Virus record (IMG/VR): IMGVR_UViG_3300035181_002344
DNA: 64,000 bases
Direction: 5' to 3' (one strand)
Source of the DNA: a virus
This document shows, piece by piece, positions 26,740-36,018 of this stretch. Each line of letters opens with the position of its first letter. Positions within the stretch are counted from its first letter, which is position 1. A program made the position numbers and the translations under genes. The notes beneath the pieces were generated by a model that saw only the letters and a program-made list of their open reading frames with translations, was not told where the DNA came from and made no database searches.

Positions 26740-26959
26740 AGTTTTTACTCATTTTAAATGTTGATTGAACATAACGTAATCTATCAGTAATAATATAATT
26801 GTAGTTTATTTCAAAATTAGTTAGACTTTTTGCTTCTTCCGCTGTCATTTCTGCGATTCTCCGTAATGATGGATCAGCACATAACTCATATAAGAGTTTA
26901 AGTTGAGGATTATCTTGTAATCCTGCGAATTTGGTTAAAATATCTTGTCCGGTTAACAT
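26732..26959 (-). CDS. Small hypothetical protein within Ubl cassette (likely start 26959)
   Basis: GGAG RBS before ATG 26959. Confidence 0.55.
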   Translation of the reverse strand: MLTGQDILTKFAGLQDNPQLKLLYELCADPSLRRIAEMTAEEAKSLTNFEINYNYIITDRLRYVQSTFKMSKNYV

Positions 26960-26973
26960 AAGATCTCCGTAAT

Positions 26974-27005
26974 AAAAAAGCCCCTCCACATAACGTAGAG
27001 GGACT
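26974..27005 (-). terminator. Intrinsic terminator directly after the Ubl gene
   Basis: Minus strand AGUCCCUC..GAGGGGCU followed by U tract. Confidence 0.7.
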
Positions 27006-27016
27006 TTGGTTGTGGA

Positions 27017-27205
27017 TTATTTACCAAGTTTGCCAGCTTTCATTTTGAAATTGATAACTTTGTTTCCAGAATCATCTGTATAAACTTCTGCTACTGTGTC
27101 ATCAATTTCTGGTGCATGACCACGCAATGCAGCTTTAGCAGCATCTACACTAATGTCACCTGGAACTGTTGCTGTCATATCAGCATATTTTACGATTGTT
27201 GCCAT
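27017..27205 (-). CDS. Ubiquitin-like protein (PRTRC protein C-like), ends ...AGKLG-K
   Basis: 62 aa; P....V...K..L....PE, terminal INFKMKAGKLGK; context with E1, E2 and JAB; AAGGAG RBS. Confidence 0.72.
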   Translation of the reverse strand: MATIVKYADMTATVPGDISVDAAKAALRGHAPEIDDTVAEVYTDDSGNKVINFKMKAGKLGK

Positions 27206-27219
27206 GGATACGTTACTCC

Positions 27220-27516
27220 TTAATTTTGTGCGTTATTAATTAATGATTGAAATACGCTTGCTGTTAACGGTTCTCTTCTTGGTTGTTGAGATTCCGTTTG
27301 CTCACGTTGTACGTAATTATTTAAGATATCTTGGAATGTTTCCTGAGTTAAGACAAGGGTGTCATTAAGCTGATCGTTGACATTATTCAAATTGTCTTCC
27401 GACATTTGATCATTGTCGTCAAGACGATATTCTACTGTTTCAACGCCGCTGAATTCGAGTACGCCACCTGGAACGTATAACTCAAGAACGCTTCCTTCTA
27501 ATCTGAAGCTAATCAT
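27220..27516 (-). CDS. Acidic hypothetical protein
   Basis: 98 aa with GGAGG RBS. Confidence 0.65.
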   Translation of the reverse strand: MISFRLEGSVLELYVPGGVLEFSGVETVEYRLDDNDQMSEDNLNNVNDQLNDTLVLTQETFQDILNNYVQREQTESQQPRREPLTASVFQSLINNAQN

Positions 27517-27568
27517 TTGTTACCTCCGATAATATTGGATTTGTTAATTAGATTTTTTTTACTGTATT

Positions 27569-30500
27569 TTAATAATCCACATCTTCTTCGGCGAATTCTG
27601 CCTCTTCTTCATCTATTTCTTCAATAACTGAAGATGATTCAAGAATATCGTTGATATACGGGCGAATTATTTTACAGTATCCTATTTTAGATAGATGATT
27701 ATCATCTATGTTGTTTAGATTATCAACAAGGCCTGCTATATATTCTGAATCTCCGCCTGAATGAATTCTAGAAATTGTAATTATGGTTTTATCCTCTTTC
27801 GCTAATTTCATGGCTTGTAAATATAAATCAGCATCTTCAGGAGTCATATCTAGCATATTTGTTAATATAGGCTTGATTAACTCTACTTGCTCTTCTCCAA
27901 AATTAGATAAAGCAAATACATCATAACCAGAAGCCCCACCTTCTATATGTTTAACTCCTTCAATAACCGTATCTTGCAGAATGCGCGAAGTGATATGCTG
28001 TAGGTACATCATCTTATGTTTATTGATATTACCATTAGCATACATCCATTCAATTGCAGTATGGATTCTCCATAAGTCTACAGTCCCCATTCCTATTCTT
28101 GTTTTGGCTATTGCTGCGTCAGCTAATATATCAGCAAATTTATCGCGTGAAATTTCATAATATTTGAATGGTTTCTCTTCAACATCTAGAAATTTCTCGT
28201 TTTTGCTAATTTCGCTTTTGATATATTGTGTTATCCAACGTTTTTCATAACCTAACAAATAGTCAGGATTAGCAGAATATTTAGCTAATTCTTGTTGAAT
28301 AGATTGATGCAGAGGCACAGCAATAGGATATAAGTCGCCATCTGTATCTGATTTGTCAAGCAGGATATCTATCGTATTACGCAGAACAGCGCCGGCAGTA
28401 TATTCTGGCAACACAATCTGATTGATATCCATTTTGTATTCTTTCTTAAGATATTTAGCAAACTGATTAAGCGTAAGAACTTCTCTTGTATGGAATTGAA
28501 ATCGCCAAATAACTGGGTTTCTCACTCCAATTTCATAGATACGTTTAAGACCCGTTTGCTTTTTGAATGCTTGGATTTGTTTAATGAGTCTTTGGTCAAG
28601 AACAACTGTCGTTCTTCTTGGCACATAGACACTTGCTAGTTGTTTGAGATTTCCTCCAGGTAATTCTGGGGAAGTAACTTGAGATAATGCGGCTCTTTTA
28701 GAAAATATCTCATGATTGATATAAAAGATATACTTCTTGAGATTTTCTAAAAGCTGTTCTTTTGTCGCTTCTCGTTTGTAAAGTTTTCGAAGGGTCATTA
28801 ATATAAATTGAGAAAATGTAACAAATTGCGGATAAGTAACTGTACCCGCCCCAACATATGTCATTTGCTCAATAATATTAAAGCTTGGAAATCTTATATA
28901 TCTATTCTCATATTTTACATAGAATCCTTGGTTAAATGGATTAAGTAGGATATTATTAGTATTATATGAGACACTCCATGACGATGGATTAAAATAACTC
29001 CTCGATATTTTATCTTGAAAAACTGGGTCGTCCCATTGATATACTGGAGTTCCATCATTATATCGGTTGAAAGATCTCAATTTGAGGAGTTGCTTTAAAA
29101 TTCCTTTGTTTGATCCGTTTATGTAATTGTCATAGATTAGATTTGCGGCTTTTTCAAGATGATGATTATTTGCATTATACATATATTTCATCGTTTCTTG
29201 CATTACACGTACACCATTACTTTTACAATCATTACTAAGATCGGTAACGCCAAAACTCATAAGACCAAAGTAAACCTTATAAGTTTTGCCCATATAGACC
29301 CAGTCAACTTGTTGTAATTCTTGGCACATAATGTTGACTTCATCTTCGGGATAATCATTAGCATTTAATGTGATAGAATCGTCTGGGCCATTTTCTGATA
29401 AAACAAAGTTTAACCAGCTCATTTTAATGCCATTGTGTCCGCTTTTAAGGGAAGTTGGACCAATGACCATCTGGACTGGTATTTTATCTTTGCCGAATTG
29501 TTTTGGTGGTATAATATATCCTAGATCCTCTCTTGGATGCGTAACACCTTTAAGTCCATAATCTGATATTAATCTAGCAACTCCCATTTTGGCTACAATC
29601 TTCACGATAATTTTATAAGAGTTGTACATGGGGATTATATCTTCGATCACTCCACCTTTGTAATTAATATCATATATAACTGCAGGGAATCCTTCGAGAT
29701 CATAAGCTATTATATCACCAGGATTTAATACATCGCCTTTTTGAGCTAAAATGACATCTTTGTTGGGAGTCATAAAAGTGCGGCGAACAAAGAATTCTTT
29801 TTCGGCTAATTGCTTATTAATGAGTATCTCGCCAACGGATAATGTAAATTTACCTAGCGGCGATTGATCTTCAGTTTTGTCTGTTGTTATTGGTATAAAA
29901 ACAGTATAAGCATTAATCTTTTCTTTATTATTACTTTCAAATAAATGATCCTGTTCTGGCTCTAATGGCTGTAATAATTCACTGGTATAGTGCAATCTTA
30001 GTCTTTCTGGCAAAGATGACTTAGGCTCATATATTGAAGTAATTGCGTTATCTGTAGAAGAATATCCTGCGGCTTGTATTTGCTTACCAAACAAGTTACA
30101 GTAAATTCCTTCGGATAATTCATCTACGCGAATTGGATCATTAAATAGCTTAGAATATTTCCTAATATCTTCTTCGGATTTTGGAATAGCGGATTCCCAT
30201 AATGCTCTACCAATACAATCGTAATATTCCTTTTTATTATTCTTTTGTCTGAATGTTTTTACTATGCGAATACGATGCTCAATTTTTAGACGATTATTAT
30301 AACTGACAGGCTCTATTTTCATTAAGCCATCCAAAACTTTAGAAACATCTTTTCTAAGGAATTTATGATGTATATATTTATAGTCAGATCGCCTGAAATA
30401 TTCTAGTCTATCCATTACAACAAGGATTAGCATTTTATCTACATCAAGAATGCATTCATCGTCGTCTAAATAGAAATATGGAGATAAACGAATATCGTCT

Positions 30501-30661
30501 GCTGTCAATTTTGGAATGATAACTGGAGAATTAAACTGATTATTAAAAATTAACTCATAATGATCTCCGTTACGCATACGGAATAAAGATCCCGCATAAA
30601 AATTTAATACATTATCCAAGCTATTAATTTTATCTAAACGTTCGAGTATTTTTTTATACAT
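27569..30661 (-). CDS. Single-polypeptide two-barrel (DPBB) RNA polymerase
   Basis: Beta-like LISDYGLKGV and MVIGP; beta'-like RNP and catalytic DTDGD. Confidence 0.75.
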   Translation of the reverse strand: MYKKILERLDKINSLDNVLNFYAGSLFRMRNGDHYELIFNNQFNSPVIIPKLTADDIRLSPYFYLDDDECILDVDKMLILVVMDRLEYFRRSDYKYIHHKFLRKDVSKVLDGLMKIEPVSYNNRLKIEHRIRIVKTFRQKNNKKEYYDCIGRALWESAIPKSEEDIRKYSKLFNDPIRVDELSEGIYCNLFGKQIQAAGYSSTDNAITSIYEPKSSLPERLRLHYTSELLQPLEPEQDHLFESNNKEKINAYTVFIPITTDKTEDQSPLGKFTLSVGEILINKQLAEKEFFVRRTFMTPNKDVILAQKGDVLNPGDIIAYDLEGFPAVIYDINYKGGVIEDIIPMYNSYKIIVKIVAKMGVARLISDYGLKGVTHPREDLGYIIPPKQFGKDKIPVQMVIGPTSLKSGHNGIKMSWLNFVLSENGPDDSITLNANDYPEDEVNIMCQELQQVDWVYMGKTYKVYFGLMSFGVTDLSNDCKSNGVRVMQETMKYMYNANNHHLEKAANLIYDNYINGSNKGILKQLLKLRSFNRYNDGTPVYQWDDPVFQDKISRSYFNPSSWSVSYNTNNILLNPFNQGFYVKYENRYIRFPSFNIIEQMTYVGAGTVTYPQFVTFSQFILMTLRKLYKREATKEQLLENLKKYIFYINHEIFSKRAALSQVTSPELPGGNLKQLASVYVPRRTTVVLDQRLIKQIQAFKKQTGLKRIYEIGVRNPVIWRFQFHTREVLTLNQFAKYLKKEYKMDINQIVLPEYTAGAVLRNTIDILLDKSDTDGDLYPIAVPLHQSIQQELAKYSANPDYLLGYEKRWITQYIKSEISKNEKFLDVEEKPFKYYEISRDKFADILADAAIAKTRIGMGTVDLWRIHTAIEWMYANGNINKHKMMYLQHITSRILQDTVIEGVKHIEGGASGYDVFALSNFGEEQVELIKPILTNMLDMTPEDADLYLQAMKLAKEDKTIITISRIHSGGDSEYIAGLVDNLNNIDDNHLSKIGYCKIIRPYINDILESSSVIEEIDEEEAEFAEEDVDY

Positions 30662-31037
30662 TTAGACTCCTCAAAGCATTTTGAATTATTTTTATAAATT
30701 CATAGGATACTAGTCCAGAATATTCACGATCAATAATTACATCCTTATGCGTGTATTTGCCAGAGAATTTGTTGTTGAATAGATTAGAAAAATAGTCGGC
30801 ATTTGTTCCGAGAAATATAAACGAACCAACAAATCCGGCTTGTATTTGAGCATTACTGAAAGCTTTCGTAACAACATTATTGTTGCGGTATTCGAAAGTT
30901 AAGCCTTTGAATACGATCAAATGTCCTATAGTTTCTCCATTGCCATATTCGTTTAGAATAGGAGTGATAATTTTAACGGCCTTGCTATCCTTAATAAATG
31001 GAGCTATAAGTTTTACTTTGTCTCCCTCGACGATCAT
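30654..31037 (-). CDS. Hypothetical protein
   Basis: 127 aa with AAGGAG RBS. Confidence 0.6.
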   Translation of the reverse strand: MIVEGDKVKLIAPFIKDSKAVKIITPILNEYGNGETIGHLIVFKGLTFEYRNNNVVTKAFSNAQIQAGFVGSFIFLGTNADYFSNLFNNKFSGKYTHKDVIIDREYSGLVSYEFIKIIQNALRSLNV

Positions 31038-31056
31038 AATGACTCCTTTAGATTAA

Positions 31057-31257
31057 TTAAATATCTTCTTCCATTGAAGGTATTTGCCCGTCAATTTCAT
31101 AATCTTCTGGTTCTGGTACAGTAGAAAAGAATAAAACCATATCCGTTTTGGTATTTTTATCTTTGAACCAAACTGCTCCTGTAGATGTAGATATATCTAT
31201 TGGTTCGATATTATGGTTTTGCATAATTTTTTTAACGGCGTCTAAAAATTCTTGCAT
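31057..31257 (-). CDS. Small hypothetical protein (likely start 31257)
   Basis: AAGGAG RBS before ATG 31257; the longer ORF-track start crosses a terminator. Confidence 0.55.
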   Translation of the reverse strand: MQEFLDAVKKIMQNHNIEPIDISTSTGAVWFKDKNTKTDMVLFFSTVPEPEDYEIDGQIPSMEEDI

Positions 31258-31282
31258 GATAATCTCCTTTGCTTTAATTAGT

Positions 31283-31310
31283 AAAACAAAGCCCCTCGCA
31301 ATAAGGGGCT
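31283..31310 (-). terminator. Probable intrinsic terminator
   Basis: AGCCCCT/AGGGGCT stem with U-rich tail on minus strand. Confidence 0.6.
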
Positions 31311-31333
31311 TCTCCTTCGCGCAAACCAAGTTG

Positions 31334-31534
31334 TTAAACAAGTACGGCAGATACACTGGCAATAGCCTGAACGACTCTTGCAGCGATAACAAATCCGGAT
31401 GCAAAGGCTGGTGATACAAGTCCGATTAAGAGAAGAGCTGCTATTAAAAGCGCCCATTTCTTCATATTTGATGGTAATGGCCCATGAACTTGATTTACTA
31501 AGCCTTTCATTCCGAGTGTTTGTTGATTGTGCAT
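31334..31534 (-). CDS. Small membrane protein
   Basis: GGAGG RBS; two hydrophobic segments. Confidence 0.6.
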   Translation of the reverse strand: MHNQQTLGMKGLVNQVHGPLPSNMKKWALLIAALLLIGLVSPAFASGFVIAARVVQAIASVSAVLV

Positions 31535-31557
31535 CTAACCTCCATATAGTTTGCGGG

Positions 31558-32034
31558 TTAAATGCTTATTTCTTTTATCTTTTCTATATCATCGAGATTT
31601 ATTCGCTTTTGAGTCTCTACGTTTTTGATCTGTCTAATTTTTTCATCCTTGCCAAGTGATTTTATTTCATAGCCATTTTTCTCAATATTATGAAAGACCA
31701 CCACTTCAAAACGTTGAGGCATAGTAAATTTATCTTCTTCGGTTTTGATAAGCACATTTATATAGAATTCGGCGTATGTAAATGGCATAAAGCCCTTATA
31801 CATATCTAAGCATGGAACTAATTCTTTGATGTATTCTTTAAATTCAGGAACTGTCAAAATTGTAGATCTTTTCTTGAATACTCCTTTAATAAATGGACCG
31901 CTATCATAATTTCCAAACGAATATATTCCCATGCTAATATTGTATTTATTCGCCAAATCCAATATCTTTGTTTCGTAACCCGGTGCAACAAGCATTCTAT
32001 TAGCTAATAAGAGTGTGGTTATTTGCTGTTCCAT
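31558..32034 (-). CDS. Hypothetical protein
   Basis: 158-aa ORF. Confidence 0.6.
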   Translation of the reverse strand: MEQQITTLLLANRMLVAPGYETKILDLANKYNISMGIYSFGNYDSGPFIKGVFKKRSTILTVPEFKEYIKELVPCLDMYKGFMPFTYAEFYINVLIKTEEDKFTMPQRFEVVVFHNIEKNGYEIKSLGKDEKIRQIKNVETQKRINLDDIEKIKEISI

Positions 32035-32066
32035 AGAGCCTCACAAGTTTGAAATTCATTAATAAT

Positions 32067-32285
32067 TCATTTATCAAGCTCGGCTCCGCAGACTTCACAT
32101 TCAAGAAAAGAAAGCGGATCATTCGGGTCCTTTTCTGTAACTATTGGATGCGGACAAGCTTGACGTAAATCTGATAGTCTTTGATATAATGACTGCTTAG
32201 CTTTACGAGCGTTTTCATCGATTTCTCTGATTTCTGATTCGATTTTATATCGCTCGACAAATATTTCATATGCTTTTCGTGTCAT
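32067..32285 (-). CDS. Small coiled-coil/Zn-binding protein
   Basis: CPH...CEVCG. Confidence 0.6.
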   Translation of the reverse strand: MTRKAYEIFVERYKIESEIREIDENARKAKQSLYQRLSDLRQACPHPIVTEKDPNDPLSFLECEVCGAELDK

Positions 32286-32297
32286 GGATTATCTCCT

Positions 32298-32771
32298 TTA
32301 ATGTTGCGGTTCTATAAAACTTGCGTCTTTTATAATCTTCCCATCTGCATCTTTTTTACTACCCTTAGCATCATTATGATCGCAAATTCTTTTTAATACA
32401 ATTGCCGGATCCATTTCTAATTTATAGTTTGTACCAACTGATATGAATTGTATATCTCCAATTGCATCAACTAATGCGGATCTTGTAATTTTGCGTATTT
32501 TTGGCTCTCCTGTTGCTGGATCAATAGATGTTATTGTTAATATATCATTCTTCATTTCTGTTTGTTTACTAGAGTGTTTATTTGCAAATTCAACAGCCAT
32601 AGCTTTTGCTTCTTTATTACTATATCCGCAGAATTCAAATAATTCTTCGGCTAGCATTCTGGTTTCTAAATAATGATCAAAATTGTCATTGTTACGGATA
32701 TGATTCCATCTCATTATTCTGATAAATAAATCTTGTGATGTTTCGTTTGTATTTGTAATCTCTTGTTTCAT
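32298..32771 (-). CDS. MazG-like nucleotide pyrophosphohydrolase
   Basis: EEL.E, VDAIGD, N..K, DGKIIK...F.EP. Confidence 0.7.
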   Translation of the reverse strand: MKQEITNTNETSQDLFIRIMRWNHIRNNDNFDHYLETRMLAEELFEFCGYSNKEAKAMAVEFANKHSSKQTEMKNDILTITSIDPATGEPKIRKITRSALVDAIGDIQFISVGTNYKLEMDPAIVLKRICDHNDAKGSKKDADGKIIKDASFIEPQH

Positions 32772-32799
32772 GAATGCTCCATTTTATTATATTATTTAA

Positions 32800-33183
32800 T
32801 TAGCTCGTAAATAATTTTTTGGCTCTTTCTGCTCTTTCTTCAAATAAAGATTTTTGCGGCTTTTGTATTTGATCAAGAACCTCGTCTTCATTTAATTCAG
32901 GATTATCTGCAATCGCCATTACTAATGTAGCAATTAAAGAAATCTCCTGAATTTGCATATTATCAATAACCTTTGATTTTTCATTCATATAACCGTCAAC
33001 AATAACAAATTGATTTTCTAAGCCTTCAAATTTAGATGCATTTTCACGAAAGGCAATAACGTTTAAATATTTGTTATTTTTATATTTAATTCTCGCACGA
33101 CACATTAATCCTTTGCTATCATTGTTTATGATATCAACGGATTCAACTTTACCAACTATTGAGAATGACGCTTTTCCTTCCAT
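32800..33183 (-). CDS. SSB-like OB-fold protein
   Basis: IVG.V, VIAF...A, V.VDG.M pattern of SSB OB folds. Confidence 0.5.
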   Translation of the reverse strand: MEGKASFSIVGKVESVDIINNDSKGLMCRARIKYKNNKYLNVIAFRENASKFEGLENQFVIVDGYMNEKSKVIDNMQIQEISLIATLVMAIADNPELNEDEVLDQIQKPQKSLFEERAERAKKLFTS

Positions 33184-33184
33184 A

Positions 33185-33877
33185 TTAAGCTCCTATTTCT
33201 GCATTTTCTTCATCTTCTAAGACCTCGAAATCTAATTCTGGATCGTTATCATTTGCATCATTTATAATTTCTTCTTTTATTTCTGGTTGTTTTTCTGCAA
33301 AAATGTCGCCAGCAAATTCTTTCTCCATTTCTTCATTGCGTTCAACTTTAACGATTGGTTCGTTTTCGATCGCAACTGTGTCAGCTTTCTTGCTTGTAAT
33401 AACTTTGATTGTTTTGCCATTGACATCAAGATTATTTGTTATTGTTTTATTTTTCGCAGAATGATGTATTTGCATTGTTTGAACTAATAGTTTGAAAGAG
33501 GTGAGATTGCGACATTCTGTAACATTGAAAATATTATCATAGATCACCTGTGCGGTAACATCGCCGCCTATATTGTAAATAATAATTCCGCCCAAATAGC
33601 TTACAGCGATTGTTTTTGATATAGCATCAAAAGAAATAATCATATTATCGTCATTGATATGGATTGGATCAATTTCTGTAACCATACCAATATATTTAGT
33701 TTGCGATGTACTGACTACGAGTTTTATGAATTCTTGGTATTTCTGTTCATCTGTATATTCCTTTTGCTTTTTGATGAACGTTCTGATGGTTTTGAGCAGA
33801 TAATCCATGTAATGCATGGGCTCAAATTCTATGAAAGCCACCATGCCATTACTGATTAGATAAATATTGCGTTTCAT
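33185..33877 (-). CDS. Hypothetical protein with acidic tail
   Basis: 230-aa ORF. Confidence 0.6.
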   Translation of the reverse strand: MKRNIYLISNGMVAFIEFEPMHYMDYLLKTIRTFIKKQKEYTDEQKYQEFIKLVVSTSQTKYIGMVTEIDPIHINDDNMIISFDAISKTIAVSYLGGIIIYNIGGDVTAQVIYDNIFNVTECRNLTSFKLLVQTMQIHHSAKNKTITNNLDVNGKTIKVITSKKADTVAIENEPIVKVERNEEMEKEFAGDIFAEKQPEIKEEIINDANDNDPELDFEVLEDEENAEIGA

Positions 33878-33933
33878 TTTATTACCTTAGCTTTGTTGTT
33901 AATTTGTTTATTTTCGCCGAAAACAATTCATGG

Positions 33934-34539
33934 TTATAATTCTTTGAGTAATAAGCTTTGGAATTTCTTTTTCTTAAAGAATAACTCAAGTAGCTGAATG
34001 ACATCCCAGGCATCAGCTAATGCTTCATGCTTAACTGTATTGCCAAGATTTGCCCTTTGCTTGCAAATTTCGGTTCCTGGAAGGCTGTCATCTTTTTCAG
34101 GATCAAAGTATAATATTGCCGGGTCTAATGCCCGATGGCGTACATTGATCTTCTTTTCAAAGTTTGGCAGCCTTTTAAGGAACTGTAAATCGAAGGAGAG
34201 GACGTTTTTACCAGCTAATGTTATCCATAATTGATCATCATCTTTGACGTCTTGATATTTGCGAAGAAATGTTTCTAATCTATCAACAGCTTCTTCTGGG
34301 GAGCAAAATAAATCGGACTTATTCTTATCTGCCATCATACTAATAATTCTGTTGTTTAAATTCAATGCATATGGTTCGCCGACAATAGGAAAATGGCGAA
34401 TATATGTATGGAACTTCGGAGATTCTTCATAACTCTTAGGATTAGTCGTATCATAAATGATAGCACCAATTTCTAAGACTTGACAATATTCAGGGTTTAA
34501 TCCTGTTGTTTCTATATCTAAGCTTACTATGATAGCCAT
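33934..34539 (-). CDS. DEDDh 3'-5' exonuclease (DnaQ-like)
   Basis: LDIETTGL, GKN..FD..FL, HEALADA. Confidence 0.9.
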   Translation of the reverse strand: MAIIVSLDIETTGLNPEYCQVLEIGAIIYDTTNPKSYEESPKFHTYIRHFPIVGEPYALNLNNRIISMMADKNKSDLFCSPEEAVDRLETFLRKYQDVKDDDQLWITLAGKNVLSFDLQFLKRLPNFEKKINVRHRALDPAILYFDPEKDDSLPGTEICKQRANLGNTVKHEALADAWDVIQLLELFFKKKKFQSLLLKEL

Positions 34540-34548
34540 ATTTTATTC

Positions 34549-35025
34549 CTAAAAAGGGGCAATATCGCAAATGATAAATCGCCCATCGTTTAAAATTTCA
34601 TTGATTACGGGATAAACTTCTCCCCAAAACAATCCTCCATTTCCGCATCCAACATGAGGAAGATAAACTCTCTCTAAGCCTATTTTATCAGCCAATATTC
34701 TTAGGTTATAAGCGCTTTGCTTTATTAAATGTATATCTGATTTCTGTTGTGGATTGTGTTTTGTTGGAAAGGATACTAAATTAAATTCTTTGACATAAAA
34801 TGGAAAGTTTCCATGTTCTCTAACCATGCTCCCAAGTCTTAATGGAAGAGATGGATATCTCTCCTTAGCTTCAAGAGCTAATCCGCGTCCCATAATTAAC
34901 TCACCATTAACAGTTACACCATTTGTTGGAATTGCTATTGTTTGATCTCTTGAATGCAGTATCCATATATCGCCGATTAAATGTTTCATTTTAACTCCAA
35001 TAGATAACCATAGCTTAAAATACAT
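34549..35025 (-). CDS. Macrodomain (ADP-ribose processing, DarG/TARG1-like)
   Basis: GDI, IPTN, MGRGLA, FPTK, LPHVGCGNGGL.W. Confidence 0.85.
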   Translation of the reverse strand: MYFKLWLSIGVKMKHLIGDIWILHSRDQTIAIPTNGVTVNGELIMGRGLALEAKERYPSLPLRLGSMVREHGNFPFYVKEFNLVSFPTKHNPQQKSDIHLIKQSAYNLRILADKIGLERVYLPHVGCGNGGLFWGEVYPVINEILNDGRFIICDIAPF

Positions 35026-35426
35026 TAATAATTCATTGGTTCCGGAGGTATGATTTTGACTTCATTGTTGACTATATTACGGTTGTAGCGTATTGGTATT
35101 GGTTTATCCAATAATTTATCCCCGATTTTTATTATTGAGGCACATTCTCTAGAATATGCGAATGGTTCTTTTTCATCTAATTCAAGAATATCATTGGTAA
35201 AATTTATTTCCTGCTCTAAAAATATCGATGTATTGCGTTTATTTAAGCCATATTCTTGACCGCGCATTAATTGTCTGCGTAAATGTATTTGTGCACGTAG
35301 AACGTCCAGTGTTACAGAAATAGCCTTTTTTAGTGTATTAAATGCTGTCTTTCTTTTGCATTTGTCACTAACTGATAAAAGCATCATTCTTTTAGCTAAA
35401 GACCAATGAGATGATATAACTGACAT
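35025..35426 (-). CDS. Hypothetical protein
   Basis: 133-aa ORF. Confidence 0.55.
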   Translation of the reverse strand: MSVISSHWSLAKRMMLLSVSDKCKRKTAFNTLKKAISVTLDVLRAQIHLRRQLMRGQEYGLNKRNTSIFLEQEINFTNDILELDEKEPFAYSRECASIIKIGDKLLDKPIPIRYNRNIVNNEVKIIPPEPMNY

Positions 35427-35439
35427 GTTTTCTCCAATT

Positions 35440-35991
35440 TTATAAACTTCTGCGTATTAAATCGCGGATAGCAAATCTTCCTTTTGGGGTGAGTTCTCTA
35501 CTTCCTATACCTGCAAAATTATCTTCTGTAATAAATAAATTGTTAAGCGGATTCCAAATATTTTCATCGTATAAATATTTATACCATATATCATCGTTCT
35601 GATCATAAACGTAAACTGGGCATTTTTTTAATAATATCGCCATACTAACTGCCCATCCAGTTCCGCCTTTAACAAGTCCTTCTTCATCAATTGTAGATAC
35701 TGCATATATAGCATCAGAATTTGTTACTTGAAACCAATTACGAGATATTAGTTGTCTAACATACAATGATGATGGTGTATTCCGCTTTAGATACTTTCTT
35801 ACTTTCTCTAAAGCATTGTATCCCTCTTGCAACTGTTCTTGGCTGATAATAACACGATTAGTGCTTGCTGTATTGTGACCAACGAAAGAATATGCTTTAA
35901 CTTTCCAGCCCATTCTAATCGATTCTTTTTCAAAGACTGTATCAGCACCAGTTGCACCACCAGAATGACATATTTTCATAGTTATCTCCAT
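35440..35991 (-). CDS. SLOG-superfamily nucleotide-binding protein
   Basis: HSGGATGAD, RN..QV..SD, GGTGWAV, AGIGSR. Confidence 0.7.
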   Translation of the reverse strand: MEITMKICHSGGATGADTVFEKESIRMGWKVKAYSFVGHNTASTNRVIISQEQLQEGYNALEKVRKYLKRNTPSSLYVRQLISRNWFQVTNSDAIYAVSTIDEEGLVKGGTGWAVSMAILLKKCPVYVYDQNDDIWYKYLYDENIWNPLNNLFITEDNFAGIGSRELTPKGRFAIRDLIRRSL

Positions 35992-36018
35992 AAAAAAAAG
36001 AGAGACCGAAGTCTCTCT
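35992..36018 (-). terminator. Intrinsic terminator
   Basis: AGAGAGAC-CGAA-GTCTCTCT (UUCG loop on minus strand) with U tract. Confidence 0.8.
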
